DNA from: a candidate division WOR-3 bacterium
GTDB lineage: Bacteria; Hydrothermota; Tepidihabitantia; Tepidihabitantales; Tepidihabitantaceae
NCBI GenBank assembly: GCA_965648935.1
Contig: CBFGIY010000026.1
Span: forward strand, 1 to 28,404
Length of the DNA: 28,404 nucleotides
Reading direction: 5' to 3'
Made by a program: the position numbers and the translations under genes
Shown: positions 1 through 8,930 of the stretch, piece after piece
How the letters are laid out: each line of letters opens with the position of its first letter
Position numbering within the stretch: the first letter of the stretch is position 1
The notes under the pieces: generated by a model
Told to the model about the DNA's origin: nothing
Database searches by the model: none
The model's input: the letters and a program-made list of their open reading frames with translations, nothing else

Positions 1-527
1 GGCCGGCCGAGCGCGGCCGCTATCCTGCCGGCGACCGAGTCCGGGTCTTTCGGCCCCATAATCACGTGTTCGTAATACTCCTTCACGCCCGAGGTGTGCG
101 CCGCGTCAATCATCGCCACTTGTTCCCCGGCCACGCGGTAGAAATCCCCGGTCCGGCCGCACAGTTTGCCCCAGGCCCCGACCAGCGCGGCGCGCAGGAT
201 GCGCGGGGTGCCGACTTCGTCGATGGCGCACTGCATCGACCACGGACTGCGCAGGCCGATGCCGTAGGGGACTTTCTTCACGAAACGCCAGAGCACGCGC
301 GCCCAGAATCCGGGCCGGATGCGGCTTACCGGGATGGCGCGGCCCTGGGTGACCGCGACTGGGCTTTCGGCGATTGTCACAGTGTCGCCGGGTTGCAGCA
401 ATCGCCCGGCGGCCCGCTTCACGACTTCAACGATGTCGTCTTTTTCGGTGATGAGGCCGGTGCGGACCGGGATGCGGCGCACGGCGCGGCCCGCGACTTC
501 GATGACGGGCGGTTTGTCTTTGGCCAC
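1..527 (-). CDS. CofE-like (coenzyme F420-0:gamma-glutamyl ligase family) protein, 3' end outside window
   Basis: Not in the ORF track because there is no stop in the window. Manual translation from GTG at 527: MAKDKPPVIEVAGRAVRRIPVRTGLITEKDDIVEVVKRAAGRLLQPGDTVTIAESPVAVTQGRAIP... The IPVRT..I...DD / GD.V.IAES.VA..QGR pattern is typical of the F420_ligase family N-terminus. Confidence 0.75.
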   Translation of the reverse strand, partial: MAKDKPPVIEVAGRAVRRIPVRTGLITEKDDIVEVVKRAAGRLLQPGDTVTIAESPVAVTQGRAIPVSRIRPGFWARVLWRFVKKVPYGIGLRSPWSMQCAIDEVGTPRILRAALVGAWGKLCGRTGDFYRVAGEQVAMIDAAHTSGVKEYYEHVIMGPKDPDSVAGRIAAALGR

Positions 528-532
528 GGGCT

Positions 533-560
533 ACGATAGCGCGGGGCGCCGGCCAGTCAA
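533..560 (-). promoter_or_regulatory. sigma70-type promoter for the CofE-like gene
   Basis: Minus strand TTGACT-N16-TATCGT, ending 5 nt before the GTG start. Confidence 0.6.
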
Positions 561-579
561 GCCCCCGGCCGGGGCAGGC

Positions 580-607
580 TTTACAGGCCGGGGCCGGGGC
601 TTATACT
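580..607 (+). promoter_or_regulatory. sigma70-type promoter for murJ
   Basis: TTTACA-N16-TATACT, 5 nt before GTG at 613. Confidence 0.6.
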
Positions 608-612
608 GCGGC

Positions 613-2247
613 GTGAGCGTCGAGGACCGGCCGGGAGCCGCAGAGCGCGCGGCCGTTGCGCCCCTGCAGGAGCAGTTTACCCGGCGGGTCGGGCTGTTTT
701 CGGCCGGGACGATGCTGTCGCGAGTTCTCGGCGTGGCGCGCGAGTCGGTGTTCGCTTACCTGTTCGGGGCCGGGTTTGCCAGCGACGCGTTCAATGTCGC
801 TTTTCGCATCCCGAATTTCCTGCGCGACCTTTTTGCCGAAAGCGCGCTGTCGGCCGCTTTCGTGCCGGCATTCGTGGCCAGCCTGCGCGCCGGCGATCGG
901 GAGAGGACCTGGCGCCTCGCCGCGAATGTGCTGAACACACTCGTGCTCGTCCTGTCGGCTCTGGTCGCGCTGGGTATCGTTTTCGCGCCGGGCGTGGTGC
1001 GCTTCATCGCGCTGGGTTTCGCGGGCCAGCCCGAGAAGTTCGCGCTGACCGTAACGCTGACGCGGCTGATGTTCCCGTTCCTCGTGCTGGTGGCGATGGC
1101 GGCGTGGGCTATGGGCGTTCTCAATGCCGGCGGCCGGTTTTTCGTCCCCGCGACCGCGCCGGCCGCGTTCAATGCGGTTTCGGCCGTCGTGCCGCTGGCG
1201 GCTTATGCGTGGCTGAAGAGCCGCGGGGTCGAGCCGGTTGTCGGTATGGCCTGGGGCGTTACCCTCGGCGCGGCCGCGCAGTTTCTCGTGCAGGTGCCGG
1301 CCCTTGCCCGGATGGGCGTGCGCTGGCGACCGGTGCTGGACTGGCGCGATCCCGGCCTGCGTTCGGTGGTCCGCCGCTGGCTGCCGATGACGCTGGGTTT
1401 CGCGACCTGGCAGGTGAACTTTCTCATCAACACTTTCCTGCTGACTTTCCTGCGCGAGGGTTCGGTCACCTGGGTGAATTATGCCTATCGCATCCAGCAC
1501 CTGCCGGCCGGGCTTTTCGGCGCGGCCATCGGTTCGGTAGCGATTGCCGAGTACGCGCACGGCGCGGCCGCCGAGGAGCCGGGCGCGGTACGACGCCGTT
1601 TCGGCCACGCCCTCGGCCTCGTTTCGGTGCTCACCCTGCCCGCGGCCGCCCTGCTCGGCGCACTGGCCGTGCCGGTCGTGCGGCTTCTGTACGAGCGCGG
1701 CCGGTTCACTCCGGACGACACGCTGCTGACCGCGCAGGCGCTCGCGCTGTACTGCCTGGGCATCTGGCCGGCCGCGGCGACGCGCAACTGCGCCGCGGGG
1801 TTCTACTCGACCGGCGACACGCGCACCCCGGCCCTGGTCGCGGTCGGGGTGGTGGCGGCCAACATCGCCGTCAATCTCGCGCTGATGCGGTTCATCGGTT
1901 TCCGTTCGTTCCCGCTGGCCGCGGCCGTGACCCAGTTCGCCAATTTCGCCCTGCTGTTCCTGCTGCTTTCGCGCCGCAACAGGGGGCTGGGCGGCCGGGC
2001 CGCGCTGAAGCTTTCCCTGCTTTCTCTCGCCGCCGCGGTTGCGGCGGGCGCGGCGGCTTACGGCTGCGCCAGCGCCTGGGCCGTACTGGTCGGCTTGGGC
2101 GGGTTTTACGCCCGCGCCGGCCAGGTCCTGGTATCCGGCGGCATCGGCATCGCGGTCTACTGGCTGGCCGGGCGGGCGATGGGCGTGCGGGAGTTCGAGG
2201 ATGCGGTCCTTGCGCTGTTGCGGCGGCGGAAAAGAGGCGGGAGTTGA
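613..2247 (+). CDS. murJ: Lipid II flippase MurJ (MviN)
   Basis: SRVLGVARE, SDAFNVAFRIPNFLRDLFAESALSAAFVP, YAYRIQHLPAGLFG, LLYERGRF, FYSTGDTRTP motifs; many TM segments. Start placed at GTG 613, just after the -10 box. Confidence 0.95.
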   Translation: MSVEDRPGAAERAAVAPLQEQFTRRVGLFSAGTMLSRVLGVARESVFAYLFGAGFASDAFNVAFRIPNFLRDLFAESALSAAFVPAFVASLRAGDRERTWRLAANVLNTLVLVLSALVALGIVFAPGVVRFIALGFAGQPEKFALTVTLTRLMFPFLVLVAMAAWAMGVLNAGGRFFVPATAPAAFNAVSAVVPLAAYAWLKSRGVEPVVGMAWGVTLGAAAQFLVQVPALARMGVRWRPVLDWRDPGLRSVVRRWLPMTLGFATWQVNFLINTFLLTFLREGSVTWVNYAYRIQHLPAGLFGAAIGSVAIAEYAHGAAAEEPGAVRRRFGHALGLVSVLTLPAAALLGALAVPVVRLLYERGRFTPDDTLLTAQALALYCLGIWPAAATRNCAAGFYSTGDTRTPALVAVGVVAANIAVNLALMRFIGFRSFPLAAAVTQFANFALLFLLLSRRNRGLGGRAALKLSLLSLAAAVAAGAAAYGCASAWAVLVGLGGFYARAGQVLVSGGIGIAVYWLAGRAMGVREFEDAVLALLRRRKRGGS

Positions 2248-2271
2248 ACACCGGGGCCGCCGCGGTAGTCT
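2244..2271 (+). promoter_or_regulatory. sigma70-type promoter for the PAC2-family gene
   Basis: TTGAAC-N16-TAGTCT, 5 nt before GTG 2277 (8 nt before ATG 2280). Confidence 0.5.
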
Positions 2272-2276
2272 AATAG

Positions 2277-3242
2277 GTGATGCTGACGCAACTGGGCAGT
2301 GACATTCCGTCGAATGTGCCGGTGCTGATGGCCGGCTGGCCGGGTATGGGCCATGTCGGGGTCGGCGCGGTGGATTATCTCAGGCGCAAGCTCGGGGCAA
2401 GGCTTGTCGCACGCATCGACATCGACGATGCGATGGTGCCCGAGGGCATCGTCGTCGAAAACGGCCTGGGCGCTTTCCCTTCGCCGCCGGTCCAGCTTGT
2501 CTATCTGGTTGAAGAACCGAAGCTTTTCCTGTTTCAGGCCGAGGCCCAGGTCGGCGGCGAGGCCGGCGTGAAGGTCGCCGCTTCGTTGCTCGATTTCGCC
2601 TGCCTGCACGGCGCGGCCCAAGTATATACCGGCGCGGCCTACGCGATGCCGGTGAGTTTCCGCCACCCGACCAGGGTCTATGGCGTGGCGACCGACGAGC
2701 ACATGCGCGACCGCTTCGCCGCGCTCGGGGTCGAACCCTTGGCCGAGGGCCGCATCACCGGGCTGAATGGCGTCCTGCTCGGGCTGGCCCGGCAGCGCGG
2801 CCTGTCTGCGGCGTGCTTCCTCGCGACGATGCCCCAGTACGCGATCGAGTCGCCCAACCCGCGCGCGTCCAAGGCGGTCATCGGTGTCTTCCAGCGGCTG
2901 GTCAACACCACGGTCGACACCGCCGAAATCGACGAGGCAATCCGCGAGAGCGAGGCCGCGTTCGGCGAGTTCGAGGACCGGGTCAGCGAGGCGGTGCGGT
3001 CCCTGCGCGCCACGGTCGAGCGGTCCGAGCCCGACCGCGAGCGCGAGCCGGGCGACGAATCCGAGCGCGAGCCCGATGAGCGGCCGGAGCCGCATGTCCT
3101 GATGGAACGAATCGAGCGGATGTTCGAGGCGGCGCAGGCCAACCGCGCCGAGGCCATCGCTCTGAAAAACGAGCTTGACCGCTGGGGCTTGTTCAGCCTG
3201 TACGAGGACCGGTTCCTCGACCTGTTCGAGCGCCGCAAGTAG
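2277..3242 (+). CDS. PAC2 (proteasome assembly chaperone-like) family protein
   Basis: N-terminal VLMAGWPGMGHVGVGAVDYLRRKL; G.ITGLNGVLLGLA..RGL.AACFLA..P and PNPRASKAVI motifs; acidic linker and helical C-terminal extension. Confidence 0.8.
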   Translation: MMLTQLGSDIPSNVPVLMAGWPGMGHVGVGAVDYLRRKLGARLVARIDIDDAMVPEGIVVENGLGAFPSPPVQLVYLVEEPKLFLFQAEAQVGGEAGVKVAASLLDFACLHGAAQVYTGAAYAMPVSFRHPTRVYGVATDEHMRDRFAALGVEPLAEGRITGLNGVLLGLARQRGLSAACFLATMPQYAIESPNPRASKAVIGVFQRLVNTTVDTAEIDEAIRESEAAFGEFEDRVSEAVRSLRATVERSEPDREREPGDESEREPDERPEPHVLMERIERMFEAAQANRAEAIALKNELDRWGLFSLYEDRFLDLFERRK

Positions 3243-3261
3243 CCCGGCGCGGCGCGGTGAT

Positions 3262-3289
3262 TGGACAAGCGCGCGCCTGCGGCTACAAT
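3262..3289 (+). promoter_or_regulatory. sigma70-type promoter
   Basis: TGGACA-N16-TACAAT, 7 nt before ATG 3297. Confidence 0.6.
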
Positions 3290-3296
3290 GCCCGGT

Positions 3297-3785
3297 ATGA
3301 AAACCATCCGTTACGCGGCGGCGCTTTCCGCGCTCGCCGCCCTGATTGCGGCCTGCGCCGGTCCGGCCTGCCGCGGCCGCAGGCCCGCCGGGTTCGCGGC
3401 CGCGCCCGAAACGCTCGAGATTGACGGCGCCCGACTCTGGCTCGCCACCTATCTCTGGCGCGATTTCCAGCCGGTCGCCCCGCCCGACGGCCAGCCGCTC
3501 ATCGCCAATGTCAGGCTGATGGCCGCGGGCAATGGCCCCGCGCCCGAGGGAATCGCGATCGAGCGATTCTGGGTAATCAACGGCAAACAGCGCTGGGAGG
3601 CCGTGCCCCAGGCCGTCGCGCCGCTCGAAGAACCGGCCAGCTCGAGCTGGCTGACCGAGCGCACGGTGCAGGGCGGGCCGAAGTGGGGACCGGGCATCGC
3701 GGTCGATGTGGTCGCGCGCGTGGTGCGCGGCGACTCGGCGTGGCTGGTGCAGGCAAAACAGCAGCCCATTCACCGCACCGACTGA
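3297..3785 (+). CDS. Hypothetical lipoprotein
   Basis: MKTIRYAAALSALAALIAAC signal with lipobox; GC3-rich codons; Trp-rich, probably beta-rich domain. Confidence 0.75.
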   Translation: MKTIRYAAALSALAALIAACAGPACRGRRPAGFAAAPETLEIDGARLWLATYLWRDFQPVAPPDGQPLIANVRLMAAGNGPAPEGIAIERFWVINGKQRWEAVPQAVAPLEEPASSSWLTERTVQGGPKWGPGIAVDVVARVVRGDSAWLVQAKQQPIHRTD

Positions 3786-3843
3786 TGCGCGGCGCACGGC
3801 AGTCCGGCGTGCGGCCGGGCCCGGCCGCGGAAGGCTAGTGGCC

Positions 3844-4632
3844 TTGGCGCGCACCATCGCGGTCTGCAACCAGAAGGGCGGGGTCGGCAAGACCACGACC
3901 GCGGTCAATCTCGCCGCGGCCCTGGCCCTGCGCTCGGAACGCCGCACCCTGCTCGTCGACACCGACCCGCAGGGCCACGCCACGCTCGGCCTCGGGATGG
4001 ACCGCAAGGCAATCGCGGTCTGCGTCTACGAGGCGATGGTCGAGGCCCAGCGCGTGGACGACGCCATCGTGCGCGACCGCGGCCGCAACCTCGACCTGCT
4101 GCCCGCCTCCACCAACCTGGCCGGCGGCGAGGTCGAGCTGGTCGACGCCGAGGAGCGCGAGTTCCGGCTCGCCAAGGCACTCGCCCTCGTCGAGCCGCGC
4201 TACGACTACATCATCATCGACTGCCCGCCGTCGCTGGCCCTGCTGACAATCAACGGCCTGACCGCGGCGCGGGGCGTGCTCGTGCCGGTGCAGGCCGAGT
4301 ACCTCGCGCTCGAGGGGATGGCCCGGCTGCTCGAAACGATCGAACTGGTGCGCCGGAGTGTCAATCCCGCGTTGGCGCTGGAAGGGGTGCTGCTGACGAT
4401 GTTCTCGTCGCGCCTGAGCCTCGCCCAGCAGGTCGCGGCCGAGGTGCGGAGCTTTTTCAAGGACCTGGTGTTCGATACCGTAATCCCGCGCTCGGTGCGG
4501 CTGGCCGAAGCGCCGAGTTTCGGCAAGACGGTGTTCGATTACGACGGCCAGTCGGCCGGCGCGCTGGCCTACCTCGCCGTCGCCGACGAGCTACTGGCGC
4601 GCCACCGCCGCGCGCCCGAGGAGGCACGATGA
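3844..4632 (+). CDS. parA: Chromosome partitioning ATPase ParA/Soj
   Basis: NQKGGVGKTTT deviant Walker A, LVDTDPQG, IIIDCPPSL, PVQAEYLALEG, IPRSVRLAEAPSFG. Start TTG 3844 (GGAAGG 9 nt upstream) or GTG 3838. Confidence 0.95.
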   Translation: MARTIAVCNQKGGVGKTTTAVNLAAALALRSERRTLLVDTDPQGHATLGLGMDRKAIAVCVYEAMVEAQRVDDAIVRDRGRNLDLLPASTNLAGGEVELVDAEEREFRLAKALALVEPRYDYIIIDCPPSLALLTINGLTAARGVLVPVQAEYLALEGMARLLETIELVRRSVNPALALEGVLLTMFSSRLSLAQQVAAEVRSFFKDLVFDTVIPRSVRLAEAPSFGKTVFDYDGQSAGALAYLAVADELLARHRRAPEEAR

Positions 4633-5480
4633 GCCGCAAGGCCCTGGGCAAGGGCATCCACGCCATAATCCCGGAGGAGACCCAGCAGGCCCTCGCCGCC
4701 GAGGCGCGGCTGATACGCCTGGACGAGATCCGGCCCAACCCTTTCCAGCCGCGCGCCAACGCGCAGGAAGACCTCACCGAGCTGGTCGAGACGGTCCGGG
4801 AGATGGGCGTGCTCCAGCCGGTGCTGGTGCGCCGCCGGCGCGACGGCTACGAGCTGGTGACCGGCGAGCGCCGGTTCCGCGCGGCCGGGCTGGCCGGCCT
4901 CGCCGAGATACCCGCGGTCGTGCGGTCGGTCGACGACCGCCAGATGCTCGAGCTCGCCCTGGTCGAGAACCTCCAGCGCAAGAACCTCAACCCGGTGGAA
5001 GAGGCGGCCGCCTTCCAGCGGCTCGCGGACGAGTTCAAGCTCACCCACGAGGACATCGCCCGGCGGGTGGGCCGGGACCGTTCGACCGTGACCAATGCCC
5101 TGCGCCTGCTCGCCCTGCCGTTCAAGGTACGCGACGCGCTCGCGGCCGGGCAGATTTCCGCCGGCCACGCCCGCGCCCTGCTTCAGCTTGACAACCGCCG
5201 GGTCCAGGTCGAGCTTTGCGAGCGGATCGTGCGCGAGGGCCTGTCGGTGCGCGCGGTCGAGCGGCTCTGCGCCGGGGCGCGGCCCCGGCGGGTGCGCGTC
5301 GCTCCGGAAAAAGACGTCCACCTGCGCGAGCTGGAAGAACGGCTGCAGGAAGCGCTCGGCACGCGCGTGTCCATCCGCTCGCCCAAGCGCGCCGGCGCGC
5401 CGGGCGAAATCGCCGTCCAGTACTTCTCGACCGACGACCTCAACCGCATCGCCGAGCGCATCCGCCTCGGCCGGGCCTGA
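4629..5480 (+). CDS. parB: Chromosome partitioning protein ParB/Spo0J
   Basis: RKALGKG N-terminus, PNPFQPR, GVLQPVLVR, GERRFRA, ALVENLQRKNLNPVEEA, HTH, ISAGHARALL; ATGA overlap with parA. Confidence 0.96.
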   Translation: MSRKALGKGIHAIIPEETQQALAAEARLIRLDEIRPNPFQPRANAQEDLTELVETVREMGVLQPVLVRRRRDGYELVTGERRFRAAGLAGLAEIPAVVRSVDDRQMLELALVENLQRKNLNPVEEAAAFQRLADEFKLTHEDIARRVGRDRSTVTNALRLLALPFKVRDALAAGQISAGHARALLQLDNRRVQVELCERIVREGLSVRAVERLCAGARPRRVRVAPEKDVHLRELEERLQEALGTRVSIRSPKRAGAPGEIAVQYFSTDDLNRIAERIRLGRA

Positions 5481-6262
5481 TGCCGCGCAAGCTCATCTCG
5501 GTCATCCTCTCCAGCAACTACAGCCCGGACTCCTACCGGTTCAGCGTACCGCTGTGGGTCGCGCGGCTCGCCGCCGTCCTCGCCGCGCTGCTGACCGTGG
5601 CCAATGTCGCGGCGCTGTCGCTCGGGCTGTCCGGCGCGCTGCGCATCGCCCGCCTGATGGCCCTGCAGGCGCGCAACCGGCGGCTCGAGGCCGAGATGGC
5701 CAGGGTCACGGAGCTGCGCGCACGGCTGGCCGAACTCGAAGCGCAGTCGGCCCGCTTGGCCGCGATGCTCGGCGTCGACCGCGACCCGCCCCCGGTCGAC
5801 TGGGACGCGGGCGCGACGGAGTCCGACGGCCTGCCCGAATGGGTCAAGACCACGACCTGGGATTCGGGCGCTCTGCCCGCGCTCATCCCCCTGCAGAACT
5901 ACGTCGTCACGCGCGCGCTCGACGCGATGCACACCGGCATCGACCTCGCGGCGCAGGAGGGAACGCCGGTGCGCGCCGTGGCCGACGGCATCGTCGCCGC
6001 GCGGGGCAAGGACCGCGTCTTCGGCAATTTCATCCTGCTGCGCCACGGCGGCGGCTACGAGAGCTACTACGGCCACCTGCAGGATCACAATGTCGACCGG
6101 GGCGACACCGTGCGCATCGGCGCCACCATCGGCTGGGTCGGCTCGACCGGCCGTTCCTCGGCGCCGCACCTGCACCTGGAAATCCGCAAAGACCGCGTCG
6201 CGGTCGACCCGGCCGAAGTCCTGCACATCGCCGCGGCGCGCGACACCGCCCGGGGCAACTAG
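5480..6262 (+). CDS. M23 family metallopeptidase with N-terminal TM helix and coiled coil
   Basis: HTGIDLAA, YYGHL, GSTGRSSAPHLHLEI; TGATG overlap with parB. Confidence 0.92.
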   Translation: MPRKLISVILSSNYSPDSYRFSVPLWVARLAAVLAALLTVANVAALSLGLSGALRIARLMALQARNRRLEAEMARVTELRARLAELEAQSARLAAMLGVDRDPPPVDWDAGATESDGLPEWVKTTTWDSGALPALIPLQNYVVTRALDAMHTGIDLAAQEGTPVRAVADGIVAARGKDRVFGNFILLRHGGGYESYYGHLQDHNVDRGDTVRIGATIGWVGSTGRSSAPHLHLEIRKDRVAVDPAEVLHIAAARDTARGN

Positions 6263-6266
6263 AAGC

Positions 6267-6734
6267 GTGGCGCGGCGAATCGGCCTGCTCGCCGTCGCCC
6301 TGTGCCTCGTTTCGGGCTGCGCGCGCATCCGGCCGCCTGAGGTCGCTTTCCGCGGCGCGTCGCTCAGCGGCGACAGCGTCCGGGTGACCCTGCACCTGTA
6401 TAACCCCAACCGCCTGCCGGTCGAACTGCTCGAAGCCGAGTACCGCCTCCTCGCCGACACAAAGACGCTCGGCTCGGGCCGGCGCGCCGGGGCCCTGCGC
6501 TGCGCCGGGCGCGACTCGGTGCGGGCCGACTTTCCCCTGGCCCTGGACTACGGCGCGACGATGGCCGCGGTGCTCAAGGGCATCAAGGACACCGTCACTT
6601 TTCGCGTCGAAGGCGAGTACCGGCTGAAGACCCCGGTCGGACCGCGCCGCGGCCGTTTCGAGGCGGCGCGCGGGGTCAACCTGCTCGACGAACTGAAAGC
6701 GGTTCTGGAGAATGCCTTTGGCCGCGGCACCTGA
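6267..6734 (+). CDS. LEA type 2 (WHy domain) family lipoprotein
   Basis: LVSGC lipobox; PEV, L.LYNPN.LPV.L....Y.L motif. Confidence 0.75.
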   Translation: MARRIGLLAVALCLVSGCARIRPPEVAFRGASLSGDSVRVTLHLYNPNRLPVELLEAEYRLLADTKTLGSGRRAGALRCAGRDSVRADFPLALDYGATMAAVLKGIKDTVTFRVEGEYRLKTPVGPRRGRFEAARGVNLLDELKAVLENAFGRGT

Positions 6735-6761
6735 AAAGGCCTTGCGCGGAAGGAGCAGACT

Positions 6762-7904
6762 GTGAGAATCGCCGTTATCGGCGCCGGAATGATGGCGCGG
6801 GCAGTCGTGCGCGACCTCGTGCGCCAGCCCGATGTGACCGAGGTCATCGTCGCGGACAGGGACCGCGCCCGCCTGCGCGGATTCGCCCGCTGGGCCGCCA
6901 GCCCCAAGGTCACGACCCTGCTGGCCGACGCCGCTGACCGCGGTGCGATGGCCCGGCTGATGCGGCCCTGCGTCGCGGCTGTCGGCTGCGCCTCCTACAC
7001 CCTGAACCTCGGCCTGACCCGTGCCGCGATCGCCGCCCGGACCCACTTCTGCGACCTCGGCGGCAACAACTCGGTCGTCGCGCGGCAGCTCGCGCTCGAC
7101 CAGCAGGCGGCCCGCGCCGGGGTAACGGTCGTGCCGGACTGCGGCCTGGCCCCGGGCCTTGTCAGCGTGCTGGCCGCGGCCTGCCTCAAGCGGCTGGGCG
7201 GCCGGGCCGACTCGCTGCGCATCCGCGTCGGCGGCCTGCCGCGCCGGCCCCGGCCGCCGCTCGGCTACGGCATCGTGTTCTCGGCCGAAGGGCTCATCAA
7301 CGAATATGCCGAGCCGTGCCTGGTCCTGCGCGCCGGCCGGGTCAAAACGGTCGAGCCGCTCGCCGATGTCGAAGCCCTGCGCTTCCCCGCGCGGTTCGGC
7401 GTTCTCGAGGCGTTCAACACCTCAGGCGGGTCGTCCACCCTCGTCCATACGATGCGCGGCCGGGTGCGCGACCTCGACTACAAGACCATCCGCTACCCCG
7501 GCCATTGCGCGCAGATGCGACTGCTCCTTGACCTCGGCCTGATGTCGAACCGGCCCGGGCCTGAAGGCGTCGCGCCGCGCCGCGTACTCGCCCGGCTGCT
7601 CGAAGAGAAGCTCGGGTTCGAGACCGATGATGTGGTGCTGCTGCAGGTCGAGGCCGACAATGCGGGTCGCCGGGTTCGCTGCCGGCTCATCGACCGCGCC
7701 GACCCCAAAACCGGGCTGACAGCGATGATGCGCTCGACCGGCCTGCCCGCCGCGGTCGCCTGCCTTGCCCTTGCGCGGGCTAAAGCGTTGCGGCACGGCG
7801 TGTTGCCGGGCGAGCTTGCCTTCGAACCCGAGTCGTTCATTCGCGATCTCGCCGGTCGCGGCCTGAAGCTCACCTGGTCCGGTTCGGGCAGCCGGCTGGC
7901 ATGA
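6762..7904 (+). CDS. Saccharopine dehydrogenase / lysine 6-dehydrogenase family oxidoreductase
   Basis: IAVIGAGMMA Rossmann motif, HFCDLGG, PDCGLAPGL, VGGLP, FSAEGLINEY, LEAFNTSGG, YKTIRYPGH, TAMMRSTG; AGGAG RBS. Confidence 0.92.
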   Translation: MRIAVIGAGMMARAVVRDLVRQPDVTEVIVADRDRARLRGFARWAASPKVTTLLADAADRGAMARLMRPCVAAVGCASYTLNLGLTRAAIAARTHFCDLGGNNSVVARQLALDQQAARAGVTVVPDCGLAPGLVSVLAAACLKRLGGRADSLRIRVGGLPRRPRPPLGYGIVFSAEGLINEYAEPCLVLRAGRVKTVEPLADVEALRFPARFGVLEAFNTSGGSSTLVHTMRGRVRDLDYKTIRYPGHCAQMRLLLDLGLMSNRPGPEGVAPRRVLARLLEEKLGFETDDVVLLQVEADNAGRRVRCRLIDRADPKTGLTAMMRSTGLPAAVACLALARAKALRHGVLPGELAFEPESFIRDLAGRGLKLTWSGSGSRLA

Positions 7905-7920
7905 CCGGCGCCCGGCTGGT

Positions 7921-7948
7921 TTGACGGGCGCACTGACAGGGGTATAAT
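7921..7948 (+). promoter_or_regulatory. Near-consensus sigma70 promoter for the M15-LDT operon
   Basis: TTGACG-N16-TATAAT, 13 nt before ATG 7962. Confidence 0.75.
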
Positions 7949-7961
7949 TCACGCCTCGGCT

Positions 7962-8930
7962 ATGACCTCGTCCAGACCGGCTTCAAAGACCACTGCCCGG
8001 CCCCTGCTGCTGGCGGCCGGCTTGGTCTGCTGTGCCGTCGTCGCGGCCGCCTCACCCCTGACCGACCTCGCGGCCCGGCCCTGGGTTGACCCCGATTTCC
8101 GGGTCATGGTGAACGGCCGTTCCTATGACTGGTCCGACATCGCCCGGTTCGTGATGCCCCTGGAAACGCTGTCCATCGCCGCGACCGGGCTCAGGACGCG
8201 GGCGAGCTTCCTCTCGCCCTACGGCGAGCTCATCGACGGCCTGGACCAGATGTTCTGGGTCGCCCCGCGCGAGCCGGGCCTGTACCAGGTCCTCATCAGC
8301 AACGAATCCGACGTGCGCCGGCTCAACATCTTCGTGATGGTGCCCTATGACAGCCTGAAGCGCGGCTGCCTCAACGGCGTCACCATCGGCCGCTACCCGC
8401 CAGAGAGCCCCTTCCCGAACTTCACCTGCCCGCGTGGATTCATCCTTGTCACGCCCGACCTGCTCGACGTCCCGGTGTCGCCGCGCTACACGCTGGGCGA
8501 GTTCGTGCCGCGCCAGCCCGAGGGCTACCCCAAGTACATCGCCCTGCGCGAGGAGCTGCTGGTCAAACTCGAAGCCTTCACCGACTATGTCAAAGGCCGG
8601 GGCCATCGTTTTGACAAGTTCCACGTGATCAGCGGCTACCGCACTCCGTACTATAACCAGCGCAACCGCGCCGGCCGCAACAGCGCCCACATCTACGGCG
8701 GCGCGGCCGACATCTGCATCGACACCGACAACAGCGGGATGATGGACGACCTCAACCGCGACGGCGTGGTGAACCGGCGCGACGCCAAGCTCCTCGCCGA
8801 CTATGTCGAGGAGTTCGAGAAGCTCCGCCCTGACCTGGTCGGCGGCCTCGGCTGGTACAGCCGGACCCGCTACCGCGGACCGTTCATCCACATCGACGTG
8901 CGCGGCGTGCCGATGCGCTGGCACCAGTGA
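7962..8930 (+). CDS. Secreted peptidase M15A-family (Zn D-Ala-D-Ala carboxypeptidase / MepK-like) protein
   Basis: Signal peptide; ISGYRTPYYN, SAHIYGGAADI, FIHIDVRG zinc-site motifs. Confidence 0.88.
   Translation: MTSSRPASKTTARPLLLAAGLVCCAVVAAASPLTDLAARPWVDPDFRVMVNGRSYDWSDIARFVMPLETLSIAATGLRTRASFLSPYGELIDGLDQMFWVAPREPGLYQVLISNESDVRRLNIFVMVPYDSLKRGCLNGVTIGRYPPESPFPNFTCPRGFILVTPDLLDVPVSPRYTLGEFVPRQPEGYPKYIALREELLVKLEAFTDYVKGRGHRFDKFHVISGYRTPYYNQRNRAGRNSAHIYGGAADICIDTDNSGMMDDLNRDGVVNRRDAKLLADYVEEFEKLRPDLVGGLGWYSRTRYRGPFIHIDVRGVPMRWHQ

Noticed and set aside
66..539. 157-aa plus-strand ORF and the 319-612 extension of the murJ ORF
   Set aside because: These are shadows of the minus-strand CofE-like gene; MurJ similarity and the promoter position support a start at 613.
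2157..4007. Long minus-strand ORFs (also 17804-19066, 22895-25117 and others)
   Set aside because: Antisense shadows of well-supported genes, expected in high-GC DNA; no recognisable motifs.
8617..8632. parS-like sequence AGTTCCACGTGATCAG near parAB
   Set aside because: Only the left arm and core match TGTTTCACGTGAAACA; the right arm is broken and it lies inside a CDS.
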